From NCBI GenBank assembly GCA_043228905.1, contig JBHGNT010000008.1:10664001-10728000 (forward strand): a stretch of 64,000 nt of DNA. Direction: 5' to 3'. Made by a program: the position numbers and the translations under genes. Positions 61,232 through 64,000 of the stretch are shown one piece after another; position 1 is the stretch's first letter; each line of letters begins with the position of its first letter. The DNA is from Azolla caroliniana (lineage: Eukaryota > Plantae > Polypodiophyta). The notes beneath the pieces are model-generated. The model saw only the letters and a list, made by a program, of their open reading frames with translations. It did not search any database and had not been told where the DNA came from.

Positions 61232-61290
61232 AGTCTACTTTCTACTGCAGCTTTCTCCTCCTCCTCCTCCTCCTCCTCCTGCTGCTGCTT
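61115..61290. repeat. Microsatellite cluster (TA)n, (CTA)n, (CCT)n upstream of the DXS ATG; (TATG)n also at 62200-62302
   Basis: Read directly. Confidence 0.9.
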
Positions 61291-61463
61291 CCTACTACAG
61301 CCATTTGCTACTACTACATACTTCTAACTCCTAACACAGCACTAGCAGCATCAGCGGGCGGGCCTTACTGCTCTACTCCTCCTCCAGTAGTCAGTCAGTC
61401 AGTCTCCTCTATTTGAAGTTCCCTCTCCTCTGTTTTCTGATCTCTGCGTGCGTACCAACAAAA

Positions 61464-61637
61464 ATGGTTCTTCAGCTGCACACCTGCTTCCCAGCAGCCA
61501 ACTCTAGGCTCCTCCTGGCCACGCAAAGCGCAGACCAGCTGTTCGCCTTCTCCCACTTCCTGCTGCATAAACCCCCTACCTCCTCCATTCAACTCAGGTT
61601 GGCTTCACACGAAGCTTCTGTTAAGGTTCAGAAACAG
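61464..61637 (+). CDS. DXS: DXS exon 1 (putative plastid transit peptide)
   Basis: ATG in an aaaATGg context. Ser/Leu/Ala-rich 58 aa. Donor CAG/gtaaa in phase with exon 2. Confidence 0.7.
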
Positions 61638-61741
61638 GTAAAACAAACAAAACTCTCTTCTCTGTCTCTCTATCCCTCATTAAAATCTCGACTTTTAACC
61701 TATCTCTGGCTTCTTCTTCTTCTTCTTCTTATTACTTGCAG

Positions 61742-61858
61742 GTGTGCGAAGCTTCAATCTCTGAGAAGGGGAAGGGCGAGTATTTCTCGGAGAAACCTCG
61801 AATGCCTCTTCTCGATACCATCAATTATCCTATTCACATGAAGAATCTGAGTATTAGG
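61742..61858 (+). CDS. DXS: DXS exon 2
   Basis: [25 protein letters not shown]. ag/gt borders. Confidence 0.9.
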
Positions 61859-61962
61859 GTAAGATTCCTCAAGGATTCCAGAAAGCAATTCTCTTAGCCT
61901 CTCCACCTGAAGAACAACAACAGGATCTTCCATTTTTTTCTTTTTTACTTTCTCTGTAACAG

Positions 61963-62127
61963 GATTTGCAGCAACTGGCAGACGAGGTCAGATCTGATGT
62001 GATATTCAACGTTTCAACAACAGGAGGCCATCTGGGGTCAAGTTTAGGGGTGGTAGAGCTCACAGTCGCCCTTCACTATGTCTTTGATACTCCAGAAGAC
62101 AAGATCCTGTGGGATGTAGGCCATCAA
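61963..62127 (+). CDS. DXS: DXS exon 3
   Basis: [30 protein letters not shown]. Confidence 0.95.
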
Positions 62128-62516
62128 GTATGCACTTCAAGCTCATGTTTTCTTTATTGTCGTATGCAGGTGTTTGAAACTCATGACTTCATTGTCACAT
62201 GTATGTATGTATGTATGTATGTACGTTTGTATGTGTCTAATGCTCTCGTTGTGGTATGTATGTATGTATGTATGTATGTATGTATGTATGTATGTATGTA
62301 TGTCCATCTAGTAATCTCTTTTAACTGAACACGGGTTGATTGTGATTTGCAAGTGTTTAAAGTAATGACTTGATTTGACATGTATGTTGTATGCATGCGT
62401 TTAATGGTTTGGTTGCAGTACGTACGTACGTATGTATGCAGTTAATGCATTTATCGTGATATGTCTGAATGGAGGAAGGTTTTAGGTTCCTGATCTTTAA
62501 CTGTTTCTCCATGCAG

Positions 62517-62667
62517 GCCTACCCTCATAAGATTTTGACAGGAAGGAGATCCAAGATGCCCACACTTAGACAGACAGATGGTCTTTCGGGTTTCACTAAA
62601 CGCGCAGAAAGTGACCATGATGCCTTTGGTGCTGGACATAGCTCAACAAGCATATCTGCTGGCCTAG
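62517..62667 (+). CDS. DXS: DXS exon 4
   Basis: [25 protein letters not shown]. Confidence 0.95.
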
Positions 62668-62682
62668 GTATATAATACCACA

Positions 62683-62942
62683 GTCTCTTCAAGGTGTCCA
62701 AAATGATGAATAAATGCCCTAGTCTAGAAGGCGTCCGAAAGGATGATGGTGTATTGCCATAGGCTCTATAAGATATTCCCAATTTTATTATGGATTTAAG
62801 TCCCTACAAGGTGCCCAAAGGAATGATATATTACCATTGTCTCTACAAGGTGTCTGATATGATGAATTTATAACACCATATTCTCTGTAAGGTTTTCCAA
62901 AATGATGTGTTAATTGCAGACTTATTCTCTACAAGATGTCCT
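62683..62942. repeat. Degenerate minisatellite of about 40 bp in DXS intron 4
   Basis: ctctacaaggtgtcc..atgatg-like unit at about 62683, 62722, 62764, 62802, 62841, 62883 and 62927. Confidence 0.7.
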
Positions 62943-62999
62943 TTTAATTGCTAAAAATCAGCCTTTACGTACAATTACTGGCAAATTTGTATGATGTAG

Positions 63000-63271
63000 G
63001 TATGGCTGTGGGGAGAGATCTGATGGGCAGGAGGAATCATGTCATATCTGTGATAGGGGATGGGGCAATGACAGCTGGACAAGCTTACGAGGCCATGAAT
63101 AATGCAGGATATGTGGACTCAAATCTGATCGTCATCCTGAATGATAATAAGCAAGTCTCTTTGCCTACTGCGACCCTTGATGGCCCAGCACCACCTGTGG
63201 GGGCCTTGAGTAGTGCCTTGAGCAGATTACAATCAAGCAAGCCACTTCGCGAGCTCCGTGAAGTCGCAAAG
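63000..63271 (+). CDS. DXS: DXS exon 5 (ThDP-binding GDG..N motif)
   Basis: [31 protein letters not shown]. Confidence 0.95.
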
Positions 63272-63479
63272 GTAATTCAAATCATGCACATTCTTTCTTC
63301 ACTTCCAAACTGCCCATCCCCCATCCCATCCCTCTACCAACATAATGGTTCGGTGTGGACCTCAAGTGTAAACCTCGTGTGTACTACATGTTTTCTTTAA
63401 CAAATCCTGTTCATTAATTAGGCGAAGTATGTAATTAGGAGAAGGGGACCATCCTAACATTATCATTTTCTTTTTTCAG

Positions 63480-63753
63480 ACTATGACGAAGCAAGTTGGT
63501 GGATCGATGCATTCTCTAGCTGCCAAAGTCGATGAATATGCTCGAGGCATGATCAGTGGCTCACAATCAACACTCTTCGAGGAGCTTGGTCTTTATTACA
63601 TTGGTCCGGTCGATGGACACAGCATAAGCGATCTTGTTACGATCTTAAAGGAAGTGAAAGCTACCGATACATCAGGCCCTGTATTGATTCATGTTGTGAC
63701 AGAAAAAGGTCGTGGCTATCCATATGCTGAGAGGGCCCCCGATAAATATCATG
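63480..63753 (+). CDS. DXS: DXS exon 6; gene (1-deoxy-D-xylulose-5-phosphate synthase) continues beyond the window
   Basis: [31 protein letters not shown]. Donor G/gtaag. Confidence 0.95.
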
Positions 63754-64000
63754 GTAAGCGGCGGACTCTGGTTAATAATTCTCTTGGGTTCCGATGAATT
63801 AATTACAGAGTACTTTTTTCTTTTACAAGAAAAAAGAAGAAGATCCTCAAAGCATTGATGAAGTACATGTACTTACTTTTGATCTTTCTTTGATAATCGA
63901 AAGTTTGCTCCATGAGACAGACATCAACGAAGTACATGTACTTTTTTCTTTGACAAAGCAAAATGAATATTAAAGACGAGACACAGATGAATTTACATGT

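Overview
Eukaryotic plant genomic DNA, probably from a non-seed land plant such as a fern, lycophyte or bryophyte (inferred from the retroelement types, not verified). About 59 kb is a deeply nested transposon block. It holds at least three Ty1/copia families, Ty3/gypsy elements with TGTCG..CGACA LTRs (one with a tRNA-Trp PBS, one a solo LTR with a 4-bp TSD), a gypsy remnant with a tRNA-Asp-like PBS, a broken L1-type LINE and a non-autonomous hAT element. One copia copy (7970-13030) has an intact 1357-aa gag-pol and a perfect TSD, but its 5' LTR is cut to 157 bp. The only host gene is a plastid-targeted DXS (first six coding exons, 61464-63753, continuing beyond the window). Most notable: the truncated-LTR integrant, a capsid/U5 swap between copia subfamilies, tRNA-like A/B-box cassettes inside gypsy LTRs and a hAT element, a hAT insertion exactly on an LTR TATA box, and a copia derivative with gag-PR plus a large accessory ORF. 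All boundaries were read by eye. No searches were run.
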